DNA of 64,000 nt, from assembly GCA_937889515.1 (NCBI GenBank), contig CALAOV010000136.1, positions 1,061 through 65,060 on the forward strand. The letters are read 5' to 3'. A model generated the notes under the pieces. The model worked only from the letters and a program-made list of their open reading frames with translations, searched no databases and had not been told where the DNA came from. The position numbers and the translations under genes are program-made. Below, in pieces: positions 55,401 to 63,299 of the stretch. The stretch comes from an uncultured Myxococcales bacterium. Lineage in GTDB: Bacteria > Myxococcota_A > Polyangia > Fen-1088. Position 1 is the stretch's first letter; every line of letters begins with the position of its first letter.

Positions 55401-55833
55401 GACGGGCCTGGGTGTTGGGGGCGGCGCCCGCCGTGTTGTTGTAGGTGACCGAACGGAGCACGGTCTGGTAGATGGTGACCGCCGCCTGGCCGGAGAGCGT
55501 CAGGATGCCGGTCGCGGCCACGAACGAGCCCGTCACCCCGCCCTGCGCCGTGAAGCTCAGGTTGTCCTGTCCGTTCACGTACCCGGTCGAGATCGACACC
55601 TGCACGCCGGTGATTTCGGAGGCGTCGGAGATGGTCAGCGACAGGGTCGGATCCACCACCACGGGGGCGGATTGCGCGACATAGATCGTCGCGCCCGCCG
55701 ACACCGTCAGAACCGGCGCCGTACCCGTGACGACGGCGCTCTTCACCTGGATGACGCCGTCGCCCGAGCCGTCACCCGCGCGCCCGCAGGCCGCCAGTGA
55801 CACGGCCAGGAGCAGAGCGACGCCCCACCCCAT
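49498..55833 (-). CDS. Giant (2112 aa) cell-surface protein: lipoprotein signal, C-type-lectin-like domain, Big-type Ig repeats, about 18 novel ~75-aa repeats, MYXO-CTERM tail
   Basis: The start is MGWGVALLLAVSLAACG. The CTLD motifs are WIGASDAAVEGTWRWV, WNPGEPNN and WNDLP. The Big_1-like repeats read ATANATAGAYAVTATVSG. The tandem unit is APRGSxTFTAxGGSGxGYxFxLxxNxSGGxIDxxTGVYTAGxxxxxTDVVTVTDSLGNTATATITVGPG. The C-terminus GCGCELTSGFG...LLLATRRRR is a MYXO-CTERM-like tail. Confidence 0.8.
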   Translation of the reverse strand: MGWGVALLLAVSLAACGRAGDGSGDGVIQVKSAVVTGTAPVLTVSAGATIYVAQSAPVVVDPTLSLTISDASEITGVQVSISTGYVNGQDNLSFTAQGGVTGSFVAATGILTLSGQAAVTIYQTVLRSVTYNNTAGAAPNTQARQVTFSIGASSLFYPGTGHYYEFVNSNLSWTAAKPVAAARTYYGLQGYLATVTSAGEDTFINGKLAATGWIGASDAAVEGTWRWVTGPEGLANAGAGTQFWTGLSNGSAFGGAYANWNPGEPNNSGGAENWAQFYVGGLWNDLPATSTLGSVVEYGGMAGDPVLQLSGTKNLTVSLVPTFTITASAGANGAIAPAGVSTVIQGQSQAFTITPSTSFAIASVLVDGVSVGAVATFTFSNVTASHTISATFSAPLIVVSAGNNQTALTGAMFGSGLAVLVTNAGGTPLSGATVLFAAPGSGASATLAASATTNASGIASLTATANATAGAYAVTATVSGTSASTSFSLRNLGAPSSITVVSGSGQSAALLGTFATLTAVVKDGTGFPLPNVVVTFAPPTSGASAGVSATTVTTNASGQASVTATANTVAGSYSVSATAPSVATPAAFALTNLAGAASLVTLVSGSPQSATVGAVFGAPIVVRVTDASLNPIVGATVTFGAPAAGSASATLGSPMAVTDASGLAQTAATANTIAGSYAVSASIPAGASVAAMLTNVAGAPGSIAVSSGNGQIALVGAAFAAPLAARVVDGNGNPVNGATVTFLAPTSGASAALGGATATTNASGVASVTATANATAGNYTVTASAVGVALKAAFALTNQAPITLSPASAAVAPRGSVTFTAAGGSTAGYVFTMQSAPSGGSIDPTTGVYTAGATPQVTDVITVTDNQAHTAHANITVGAALSLSSAPTQVAPRGSATFTTAGGSGIGLIFAISTNRSGGTIDAGGHYVAGQNDSVTDIITVTDSVGNSATASIVVGAGVALTANATQTPPRGTLTFSASGGSGAGFVFAIGANASGGTINSVSGVYVAGAAPGVTDVVTVTDGLGNVAAANVTVGVGVTVAPPAPSIAPRGTITLSASGGSGTGYTFAILGNASGGTIGLLTGVYVAGSIASSTDLVTVTDSLGNSGTVNISVGGGVAVSPSSLTTPPRGSQAFTATGGSGAGYVFTLTSHPSGGTVDAATGAYTAGAIGSATDVLSVVDPLGNHSTVTITVGPGLAVTPAAVTLAPLGQQTLAVSGGTGSGYNFALSSNLSGGSIDPLTGVYAAGGIGNVVDVVTVLDALGNTATATITVTAALVAAAGTLSAAPRASLTIAVSGGAPAYVFSISGNGSGGSIDPATGAYTAGSNPDSTDVILIADHNGAVTNVVVNVGRGVAISPAQPATAPLGAIAFGATDGSGTGYVFVLADNQSGGSINPASGAYAAGAKGGVVDLVTVTDSLGNSASVSIAVGGHLVLGPAGATVAPREKLTLVAFAGSGTGYVYSFADNQSGGSVDPASGVYTAGLVPNVTDVLSVTDSLGATATVSVAIGPGLTVLPPSASTAPLGTIQLTSAGGSGTGYRFALTTNASTGGVNASGLYTAGPTGSTTDVVTVTDSLGNTDTVTVTVGPGITLTASTSLVPPRGAATFLAVGGVGGGYTFTLHTNGSGGNIVATTGVYTAGDTGSSADVIEATDPFGNTATLTIHVGPGVSITPAALAAPPGGTLTLVAVGGSGTGYRYTFTANASGGTLDATTGLYTAGSITDVVDGVLATDSLGNTASASIAVGGALTMNPAAPTVAPRGQVVFTAAGGSGTGFTFVLTTNASGATIGASTGSYTAGSAGNVQDVVTVTDTLHNSAHATITVGDGLHLMPAVVDAAPLAQMTFTVSGGSGAGYTFALTANASHGTIAPNTGAYSVGALGGGTDVVTVTDSLGNTATAQVHVAAALSATVATTTSPPGGSLAIAVSGGAAPLMYALTTNGSGGSINAATGVYTAGSAGNTTDVITVTDANGATVTITVQVGPGVTIAPVAGTVKTGQNIALAASGGSGTGFVWTVVSSGSGGTVVAGTGAYTAGSHAGTDVIRVTDSLGNTASISIPVALAGMPPTPGGGGCGCELTSGFGSATGTLAVTILLALGLLLATRRRRPSAARRR
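49700..54600. repeat. Long array of imperfect ~225-bp in-frame tandem repeats inside the giant surface-protein gene
   Basis: Recurrent GTGACGGTCACGACGTCGGT-like blocks and periodic codon structure are visible. The repeats make the antisense frames stop-free. Confidence 0.7.
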
Positions 55834-56038
55834 CGCGCGGCCGGGGCGGGCGCGTGCCGCGATCGATTCTCGGTGGCGGTCGAGTCGAGCGCCCGAGTGG
55901 GTAAGAAGTGAACCTACACGAACAAGGCGGAACTCGGCGTCGGGTTGATGCACGAGTATGAAGTAAGGCCGGAAACAATTTCGATCTTGAACCCAGCTGC
56001 TACCGGTTTGAATTGGTCTGCTATTTGTCGTTGATCGT

Positions 56039-56917
56039 TCATTGCCGCGCCCGCAGGAAGGCGCCGGGGGTGACGAAGTAGCGCCGTTTGAAAAGACGCG
56101 ACAGGTGCGCCTGATCGGCAAACCCCGAGCACGAGGCCGCATCGGCGATGGATCCCCCGTCGGCGAGAAACTCGTGGGCGTGCTCGAGGCGGCGGCGCAT
56201 CACGAACGCATGCGGCGTTTCGCCGGTCGTTCGCTTGAACTCGCGGGAAAAATGCGCGGGCGAGAGCCCACTTCCGCGCGCCAGGAACTTGACGGTGATC
56301 CGCTCGGCCAGGCGTTCGTCCACCAGGGCGCAGGTGACCGCCAGGCGTTGCCCGGTAAATGCATCTGCCGGTGCGGCAATCAGATCGAACAACCCACCCA
56401 GTCGGGCCACCAGCGCCAGCACCAGGGCGTCGCGGTAGGATCGACCCGACGCCCCGCCGGTCGCCGCTTCGTGCAGGAGCGCCAGCACGACCGCGGCGAG
56501 CGGCTCGTCGCGCAGGCCGTGCATCGGCACCACGCGGAGGTCGGTGCCGAGCACGCGCCGGATCTTGTCGAGAGAGACCTCGACCGCACCCCACGCCGAT
56601 GCTCCGCTCCGAAGGTTGAACGCGGCGCCGGCGGGCAAGATCACGAAGCATCCCGTCCCAATGGTCACCGGGTGGAACCCGTCGATGTCTTTGGTCTCCA
56701 TGACCAAGGGATCCTGGAGATTGAGCCCCAGCCAGTGTCCGGCGATCGCGCCGTGCTCGCCTTTGAAATGGCTGCTCACCCCCCGCTCGACCACCACCCC
56801 GTCCCAGCCCAAGGCGCGGCTCGAAGCCCCGACCACCGGATCCAGGAAGACCACCGGGCGCGGGCGATCGGTCCGAAACTCGAAGAAGTCCAACGCCAAC
56901 TCTGGTCCCCCGTCCAT
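56039..56917 (-). CDS. AraC-family transcriptional regulator (cupin N-terminal domain)
   Basis: The C-terminal region has an HTH_AraC-like fold (LARGSGLSPAHFSREFKRTTGETPHAF...IADAASCSGFADQAHLSRLFKRRY). Confidence 0.7.
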   Translation of the reverse strand: MDGGPELALDFFEFRTDRPRPVVFLDPVVGASSRALGWDGVVVERGVSSHFKGEHGAIAGHWLGLNLQDPLVMETKDIDGFHPVTIGTGCFVILPAGAAFNLRSGASAWGAVEVSLDKIRRVLGTDLRVVPMHGLRDEPLAAVVLALLHEAATGGASGRSYRDALVLALVARLGGLFDLIAAPADAFTGQRLAVTCALVDERLAERITVKFLARGSGLSPAHFSREFKRTTGETPHAFVMRRRLEHAHEFLADGGSIADAASCSGFADQAHLSRLFKRRYFVTPGAFLRARQ

Positions 56918-57150
56918 TCCATGACTCCCCGCCCCCCAGCTTGGTGTCGCGCCGCCGCGTGACCAATCACGCAACGATCGACGTTACGTACACGCAGACT
57001 GGTTATAGCCGAACGCCATCCAGCGGCCACCTATGTTTGGTGCCCTTCCTTCGGCGCCCTTCTTTGGTGCCTTCGAGAACGTTGGATATACTCGCTCGAG
57101 CTTGGGTTGAAAGGCCGCAAATTGGTGCGCCCCTACGTCGGAGCCCCCTG

Positions 57151-58491
57151 TCAGAAGAAGATGTGACAGACCACGCCGAAGAGCGGAACCAGGATCGCGA
57201 ACGACCACAGCGTGTACCCGAAGAAGCTGGGCATCCGCACATGGTGTTGCTCGGCGATCGCCTTGACCATGAAGTTCGGTCCGTTGCCGATGTAGGTGAT
57301 CGCCCCCATGAATACGGCGCCGCAAGAGACCGCCGCGAGCAGATGTTGACCGGATGGATGGGCGGCCAGGCCGCCCAGGTCGTCGAGCGATAGCACCCCG
57401 CCGCCGCTGTTCGTCACGCCGACCGCCAGCGAGGCAAAGGTCAGATAGGTGGGGGCATTGTCGAGGACGCTCGATAGCGCCCCGGACGCCCAGAAGAACT
57501 GCCAAGGCTTGGTGATTCCGAGCGACGCGCCCCGCTCCCCGAGAAACGAGAGAGCGGGAATCATCGTGACGAACACGCCGATGAAAACGACCGCAACCTC
57601 GATGATCGGCCCCCAGTTGAAGCGGTTCGCCTCATGAACCTCCCGGCCCGTCGAAGCGAGCGACAAGGCGCCGCAGCCCAGCAGCCCCAGAATCTGGATC
57701 AGCGAGCGCAGATAGGAGTCACCGAACAGGCGTGTGCCGTAGCTCCCCATCACGAACACCACGACGACGATGCCGAGCAGCCAAAACAGGTTGATCCCGC
57801 CATCCAACCGGAGCGGCTCCTGCGGCGCGCTGGGATGCAGCGACACCACGCCGGCCTTGTGGGGTTTTCGCCGTTCGCGGGTGGCGATGACGCGGTCGAG
57901 AATTGCGAACAGGACCAGCAGGACCCCGTTGACGAGAGCCCAGGGCGCGGCGAGCCGCAGGGTCCAGGTGAAGGGGACACCCCGCAGGAAGCCCAGGAAC
58001 AGCGGGGGATCGCCGAGCGGCGTCAGCAGGCCCGCGCCGTTGGAAACGATGAAGATGAAGAAGACGACCATGTGGGTCGTGTACGCGCGCTGCTGATTGG
58101 CGCGAAGCAGTGGGCGGATCAGCAGCACCGACGCGCCGGTGGTGCCGATGAGGCTTCCGAGGATCGCGCCCGCGGCCAGGAACGCCGTGTTGACCAGGGT
58201 CGTTCCGACCAGCGATCCCCGCAGGTAGATCCCGCCCGAGATGGTAAACAGCGCACCCAGGAGCGCGATGAACGAGACATAATCACAGCCGGTTCTGAGC
58301 AGCATCTGGCCGCCCCCGGCGCGCACGCCGACCAGATAGATCAGCACCGGCGCCGACACCACCGCCGCGACGATCAGCTTGTTGCGGTTGTGCTCCCAGA
58401 AGGCACTGAAGAACAGCGGCAAGGTCGCGATCAGCAGGAGGTAGAAGCCGAAAGGCGCGACCGCCCAGATGGGTGTGGGGTACGTCATCAA
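57151..58491 (-). CDS. NhaD/ArsB-superfamily Na+/H+ antiporter-like permease
   Basis: It has about 11 TM helices. The family motifs are GNGPNFMV and PLGDPPLFLGFL. Confidence 0.65.
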   Translation of the reverse strand: MMTYPTPIWAVAPFGFYLLLIATLPLFFSAFWEHNRNKLIVAAVVSAPVLIYLVGVRAGGGQMLLRTGCDYVSFIALLGALFTISGGIYLRGSLVGTTLVNTAFLAAGAILGSLIGTTGASVLLIRPLLRANQQRAYTTHMVVFFIFIVSNGAGLLTPLGDPPLFLGFLRGVPFTWTLRLAAPWALVNGVLLVLFAILDRVIATRERRKPHKAGVVSLHPSAPQEPLRLDGGINLFWLLGIVVVVFVMGSYGTRLFGDSYLRSLIQILGLLGCGALSLASTGREVHEANRFNWGPIIEVAVVFIGVFVTMIPALSFLGERGASLGITKPWQFFWASGALSSVLDNAPTYLTFASLAVGVTNSGGGVLSLDDLGGLAAHPSGQHLLAAVSCGAVFMGAITYIGNGPNFMVKAIAEQHHVRMPSFFGYTLWSFAILVPLFGVVCHIFF

Positions 58492-59327
58492 TGCTGGAGG
58501 TAAAGAGGGATCTCAGTCTGTTCGACCACGCCCCGGGTGACCGAACCGGAGAAGAGCTCGCGCAAGCGACCCCGGGTGAAGGCGCCCATGACCATCAGGC
58601 CCGCGCCGAGATCCCCGGCCAGCTTGAACAGGGCGTCGATGTTCGAGAGTACCGAAACGATGTTGTGCGCGGTCGCGGCCACGTTCGCGGCGCGGAGCAT
58701 GGCGACTGCCCGCTCGGACAGCTCCCGGGCGACGACGCCGTTGTCGTCCACCGTGGCGACATGGATGGCGCGACCTTGGGCGATGCCACTGGCCGCAAAG
58801 CTGGTGATGGCCCGCTTGGCCGCGTTGCTACCGTCGTAGGCGACCAGCACCGTGTGGCCGAGCTCCAGCTCCGTCGTCTCTGGAACCAGCAGCACGGGGC
58901 GCATCGCCTTGTGCAAGATGGCGTTGAGGGTCCGGCTGTCGTGCTCTTCGGTCTCGAAGCGGAAATTGGCGTCCCTTCCAATCACCGTGAGGTGGTGTGC
59001 TTCCATTTCGGTCAAGATGCTCTCCGCCGGGCGACCGACGATCTCGAGCGATCGGGCGGGCACCCCCGCCGCGCGGCAGCGCCCTTCGAAGAGCGCGACC
59101 CAGTCATCGGCCAGCCTCTTGGCATCGGCGACCAGTGTTTCGTCCCGATCGTGCTTGTAGCTCGATCCTCCGATGCCCGTCGGAGTCCCGGCGCGAATGT
59201 CCGGCTCGTCGATGATCGCCAGTCCGGCCATCTGGGCCTCGCAGGCCCGCGCGATGCCAATCGCGATGCGGGTGGCCGCCTCGGTGCTCGGCGAGCCTTC
59301 CAGGCAAACGAGAATGTCTTTGATCAT
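58488..59327 (-). CDS. Universal stress protein (tandem UspA domains)
   Basis: It has two UspA halves. The ATP-binding-like motif is MGAFTRGRLRELFSGSVT. It overlaps the nhaD-like start by 4 bp. Confidence 0.7.
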   Translation of the reverse strand: MIKDILVCLEGSPSTEAATRIAIGIARACEAQMAGLAIIDEPDIRAGTPTGIGGSSYKHDRDETLVADAKRLADDWVALFEGRCRAAGVPARSLEIVGRPAESILTEMEAHHLTVIGRDANFRFETEEHDSRTLNAILHKAMRPVLLVPETTELELGHTVLVAYDGSNAAKRAITSFAASGIAQGRAIHVATVDDNGVVARELSERAVAMLRAANVAATAHNIVSVLSNIDALFKLAGDLGAGLMVMGAFTRGRLRELFSGSVTRGVVEQTEIPLYLQH

Positions 59328-60204
59328 GGGGGCATCATAAGAAGCTGGGCCAGGCCCCTTTCGCCGCCGCGTCCATCCCCAGCCAGCAGGTGCATGTCTT
59401 GATGTACGGAGTCGAGTTGCGATAGCGCCTGAGCCGAAGCGTGAACCTGTCCCCGGGTCTCCGCGGTGAACTCGGAAAACAGGCGCTCCTGCTCGACCGT
59501 GGCGCTCGACATGGAAAGACCCACGATCGCCGACCAGGCCACCAACACGATCGCAATGCCCACCCACGTCCTCAAGGCAGGACCATCCTACCCGGGTTTC
59601 GTGGATGGCCGCCTTCCCCAATCGCCGGGGCCTTCGTCTGCCGCCCCTCGAAACGAGGCGTGGCGCGGTGGTCGGGACGAGGAGTCGGCAGGCGAGGAGT
59701 CGGCCAAAAGATGGTACCCCCGCCTGGCAGGCCGCTCACGCACGAGGCGAATCGTCGGCGCGTGAGGTGCGGCTCATCCCCGCGGCGGTCAACATTCCCG
59801 CCAGCGACAGCACCGCGAATCCAACGATGCCGGGCGCCATGGACTCCGCGAAACCGACCATGAGACAAGCGGTCACCTGCATCGAGGGTCCGCACCGCTC
59901 GATTCCATGGTGACCGACGGCGGCCAGATCGGCACACATTCCCCCCCCGATCGAGAGCAGCGTCGCGGCCCCCATGCAGAGGATGAATCCCAGCCGCCGA
60001 CGTTCGCCGCGAACCGCAAACAGCGCGGCGGACGCGAACGTCGCGAAGCCGAAAACCGCCACGAACAGCATCGGGCCACCGCCCTGCCGAAGCAGATCGA
60101 ACATTGGATGCCTCCTTCCAGTTTCTCGACAGAACGCGCGGCTCGGCGATCTGTGACGCTCAGTTTTTCTGTCACACGATCGCCCGGCATGCGTTGATCC
60201 AGGC

Positions 60205-60786
60205 GTGGGAGGTCAGACCGACGCCCAGATGATTGCCGGCCTGCGGGCCGGTGCCCCGGAGGCGTTCGACGCCGCGTACGCGGCGCACAAGGATATCGTC
60301 TACCGGTTTCTCCTCGGTCTCTGCCGGCAGAGGGCATTGGCCGAGGACCTGTTCCAGGAGACGTGGCTGCGTCTCGCCCGCCACGCGCCCGGCCTTCGGC
60401 CCGACACCAACCTGCGGGCTTGGTTGTGTACGGTGGCCCGCAACCTGTACCGCAGCCACGCGCGCTGGGCCCTTCTGGATGTTCGCGCGCTGGCCGCGCT
60501 CGAGCGGTGGTGGTACCTGGAAGCGGCGCCCGCGCCCGAGGATCGTCTGACCGCGGCGGCGGCGCTGTCGCGGCTCGCGACGGCCTTCGCCGATCTCCCG
60601 CCGGCGTTTCGCGAGGTGTTGTTGCTGGCGGTCGGCGAAGGCCTGCCGCAGGAGCAGGTGGCCCGCGTTCTCGGGATCTCACACGATGCGGTTCGGCAGC
60701 GGCTCGCGCGGGCCCGTGGGGCGCTGGCCAGCCGGGTTTCCCTGGAGGACGGAAGATGGAACGGGACGATCTCCTCGACGATTTGA
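60205..60786 (+). CDS. ECF-type RNA polymerase sigma-70 factor
   Basis: The region 2 motif is DLFQETWLRLAR. The region 4 HTH is GLPQEQVARVLGISHDAVRQRLARAR. Confidence 0.75.
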   Translation: MGGQTDAQMIAGLRAGAPEAFDAAYAAHKDIVYRFLLGLCRQRALAEDLFQETWLRLARHAPGLRPDTNLRAWLCTVARNLYRSHARWALLDVRALAALERWWYLEAAPAPEDRLTAAAALSRLATAFADLPPAFREVLLLAVGEGLPQEQVARVLGISHDAVRQRLARARGALASRVSLEDGRWNGTISSTI

Positions 60787-60992
60787 AACATGCGCTGGCG
60801 GCTCCGCCCCTCGATCCGGGCGTGGATGCGCGCGTTCGGGGGCTCGCGCACCAGGTCCTGGCGAAGAACCGGCGGGGGTCCCGGTCGCTGACGCGCGCCC
60901 TCGTTCGCTTCGCGACGCCGACCGCCGTCGTATCGGCGATCGCGGTCTATCTGGGCTGGGTCGCTCGTTTTCTGGTCGTTCTGTCGCGCTGA
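60756..60992 (+). CDS. Putative anti-sigma factor (single C-terminal TM)
   Basis: It overlaps the end of the sigma gene and has a C-terminal hydrophobic helix. It is 78 aa. Confidence 0.35.
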   Translation: MERDDLLDDLKHALAAPPLDPGVDARVRGLAHQVLAKNRRGSRSLTRALVRFATPTAVVSAIAVYLGWVARFLVVLSR

Positions 60993-61152
60993 CATTCGGA
61001 CATCCGCATCGCCCGGGGACAGAACCGGAAGTGTCGCGCCGTTCCTCAGAAAACTGATGCGGGCGGCTCGGTACAGATGAGAGAATCGGCCCCGTCATCC
61101 GTTTTCGCGCTGGCACGAATCCTGATGGTGCCTCGGAGTGGAGGAGTCAGAA

Positions 61153-61488
61153 ATGCCCGGATCGCCGACCGACCGACCCAAATATCTGGTCTGCGCCCGG
61201 GCGCTCGCCCTCGTCTCGGGGCTGGCCGCGGGTGCGAACGGCTGTGGCAGCACATTGCCCGGCGGCCCGACCGACGGCGGGCCGAAGGACGGCAGCCAGG
61301 ATCTGGTCTCCGTGCCGTATGACGGCGGCGTCGTGGGTCTCCGGATCAACCCCGACGCCAGCGCGGCCTACGACGGCGGCATCATGGGGAGCCTACCTAA
61401 TCCCGACGCGCAGGCCGGCTCGGACGCTCAGACCACCCCCTACGACGGCGGCTTCTTTGGCGTCCGGATCAACCCCGACGCGCACTAG
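61153..61488 (+). CDS. Small lipoprotein with three PYDGGxxGxRINPDA repeats
   Basis: A GGAGG RBS lies upstream. The lipobox is LAAGANGCGS. It has three degenerate 25-aa repeats. Confidence 0.4.
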   Translation: MPGSPTDRPKYLVCARALALVSGLAAGANGCGSTLPGGPTDGGPKDGSQDLVSVPYDGGVVGLRINPDASAAYDGGIMGSLPNPDAQAGSDAQTTPYDGGFFGVRINPDAH

Positions 61489-61549
61489 AGCTGACGGCGG
61501 CGCGACCGATCTCGGTGCCGTCGCGTCAGCCGAAACTGCCGGAGGCTGG

Positions 61550-62341
61550 ATGGCGGTCGAGGCCGAGCGGCGGCGCCGCCGGCCGGCGCCCGCTCGGCGG
61601 CGGTCGGCGACGTTCGATCCCGGGCCGTATGCGCCCGAGGCGCTGACCCGGGCGCGCCACCTGTGGACCGTGCGGGCCACCGCCGAGCACGGGTCGGCGT
61701 TGATCTTCGCCGGCCTCCTGCCGTTCGCTCTTGAGGCCCGGGTCAACCTCGACACGCAGACCATCCTCGTGGGGATGGCCGAGGACGAGCTGCGCCACGC
61801 GGCGATCTGCACCGCCGTCGCGCGCCGCCTCGGGGGCGACCCTCCGCCGGCGGCGCCGGCGCCGATACCGCGCAGCGCGCGTCCCATCGAGGAACAGTTT
61901 CTGTGTCACGTCATCTACGGCAACTGCCTGACCGAGACGGTGAACACCGCCCGCCTGGTCGACGCGGCCGAACAGGCGCGCGATCCATTCATGCGAGCCG
62001 CGCTGCTGGAGCTCCTCGCCGACGAGATCCGCCACGCCAAGTTCGGCTTCGTCCTGTTGGCCGACTGGGCGTCCTGGATCGAAGCGCATCCGGAGACGCG
62101 ACAGGCGATCGATCGGTTTCTTCCCGAGGCGTTCGCGGCCCTCGAGCGGACGTTGTCGGGCGTGGGCGCGTCGCGCGCGGGGTTCGGAGCCGACGACCTC
62201 GCCCTCGGCAGCCCAGATCCCGCACGTCTGGCGGAGGTTTTCTACCGCACCGTGGAAGAAGCGGTCCTCCCCGGATTGCAACGCGCGGGCTTTGCAGCCT
62301 CGGCAGCCTGGCAGGCTCGCCCGGGCCGGGCCGGCGCCTAG
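61550..62341 (+). CDS. Ferritin-like superfamily protein
   Basis: The helical EExxH-like motifs are AEDELRHAAIC and LADEIRHAKFGF. A GGAGG RBS precedes the start. Confidence 0.45.
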   Translation: MAVEAERRRRRPAPARRRSATFDPGPYAPEALTRARHLWTVRATAEHGSALIFAGLLPFALEARVNLDTQTILVGMAEDELRHAAICTAVARRLGGDPPPAAPAPIPRSARPIEEQFLCHVIYGNCLTETVNTARLVDAAEQARDPFMRAALLELLADEIRHAKFGFVLLADWASWIEAHPETRQAIDRFLPEAFAALERTLSGVGASRAGFGADDLALGSPDPARLAEVFYRTVEEAVLPGLQRAGFAASAAWQARPGRAGA

Positions 62342-62392
62342 TCCGCTCTTCGGCCCCGGGGACGTCGAGCGCTTGCTAAGCTCCAAACACCG

Positions 62393-63196
62393 ATGACCTC
62401 GGACGCCCGTGACTTTTCCAGCATCAGCCCGTCCGCCAAGTCGTTGCTGATCATCAAGTCGCAGACGTCGATCCCCTTCGCCCGCGACGCCGCCCGGCTG
62501 GCCTTCGGGGCGGAGCGCGTCGAGGCGGCGCTGGCGGAGATGCGCCGCGAGCCCATCACCGGACTGCGCCTGCAACATTTCGAGAGCCGGTACCGGAGCC
62601 TCGACACGCTGTTGGCGGAGACCGGCCTGCCCCGCGTGCTCGAGCTCGGGGCCGGGCTTTCGTTCCGGGGCCTCGACCTGGCGCGGCGCGCGGGAATTCA
62701 TTACCTCGACACCGATCTCCCCGCGATCTCGGCGCTGAAGGCCGATCTGGTCGCCCAGCTCCACCCCGGGCCGCTCGCCGGTGAGCTGGAGGTGCTGGCG
62801 CTCGATGCGCTGGATCCGCTCGCCTTCCGAACCGCCGCGGCCCGCCTGGCGCCGGGCCCGATCGCCGTCGTCAACGAAGGCCTCCTCGTCTATTTGGACG
62901 ATGCCGAGAAGAGCCGGTTGGCGGCGAACATCCGAGACACGCTCGGCCACACCGGTGGTGTCTGGATGACGGCCGACGTGTACGTGCGCGGCCCGGCCGA
63001 TCGCCGCCCGTCACTCGGCGCGCGAGGGCAGGCGTTCTTGGACCTGCACCGCGTCGAGCAGAACAAGTTTGCCAGCTGGGAAGCCGCTGCGAGCTTCTTC
63101 ACCGGCGAAGGCTTCGTCATTCGCCGCCGGCTCGCCCCGTCTGACGACCCGCAGCACGTGCGCGAGTCCTGGGTGCTGGCGTTGCCGTCGGCTTAG
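62393..63196 (+). CDS. Class I SAM-dependent methyltransferase (TcmP/LCM-like O-methyltransferase)
   Basis: Motif I is VLELGAGLSFRG. The acidic residue after beta2 is in HYLDTDL. Confidence 0.65.
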   Translation: MTSDARDFSSISPSAKSLLIIKSQTSIPFARDAARLAFGAERVEAALAEMRREPITGLRLQHFESRYRSLDTLLAETGLPRVLELGAGLSFRGLDLARRAGIHYLDTDLPAISALKADLVAQLHPGPLAGELEVLALDALDPLAFRTAAARLAPGPIAVVNEGLLVYLDDAEKSRLAANIRDTLGHTGGVWMTADVYVRGPADRRPSLGARGQAFLDLHRVEQNKFASWEAAASFFTGEGFVIRRRLAPSDDPQHVRESWVLALPSA

Positions 63197-63299
63197 ATCG
63201 GCTTGGATCGGCCTTCCGTGAAGGTTTTGGGTCGCCGCTGCCCTTGCCCTAGAGCGAGCGCAAAACCGACCGGCAGTCCCCACTGGAGGTTCGATCGTC

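Noticed and set aside
59324-60104. Two small minus-strand ORFs (59324-59575 and 59736-60104) with hydrophobic segments
   Set aside because: They may be real small membrane proteins. No family or RBS evidence was found beyond hydrophobicity, so they were left as low-confidence or unreported.
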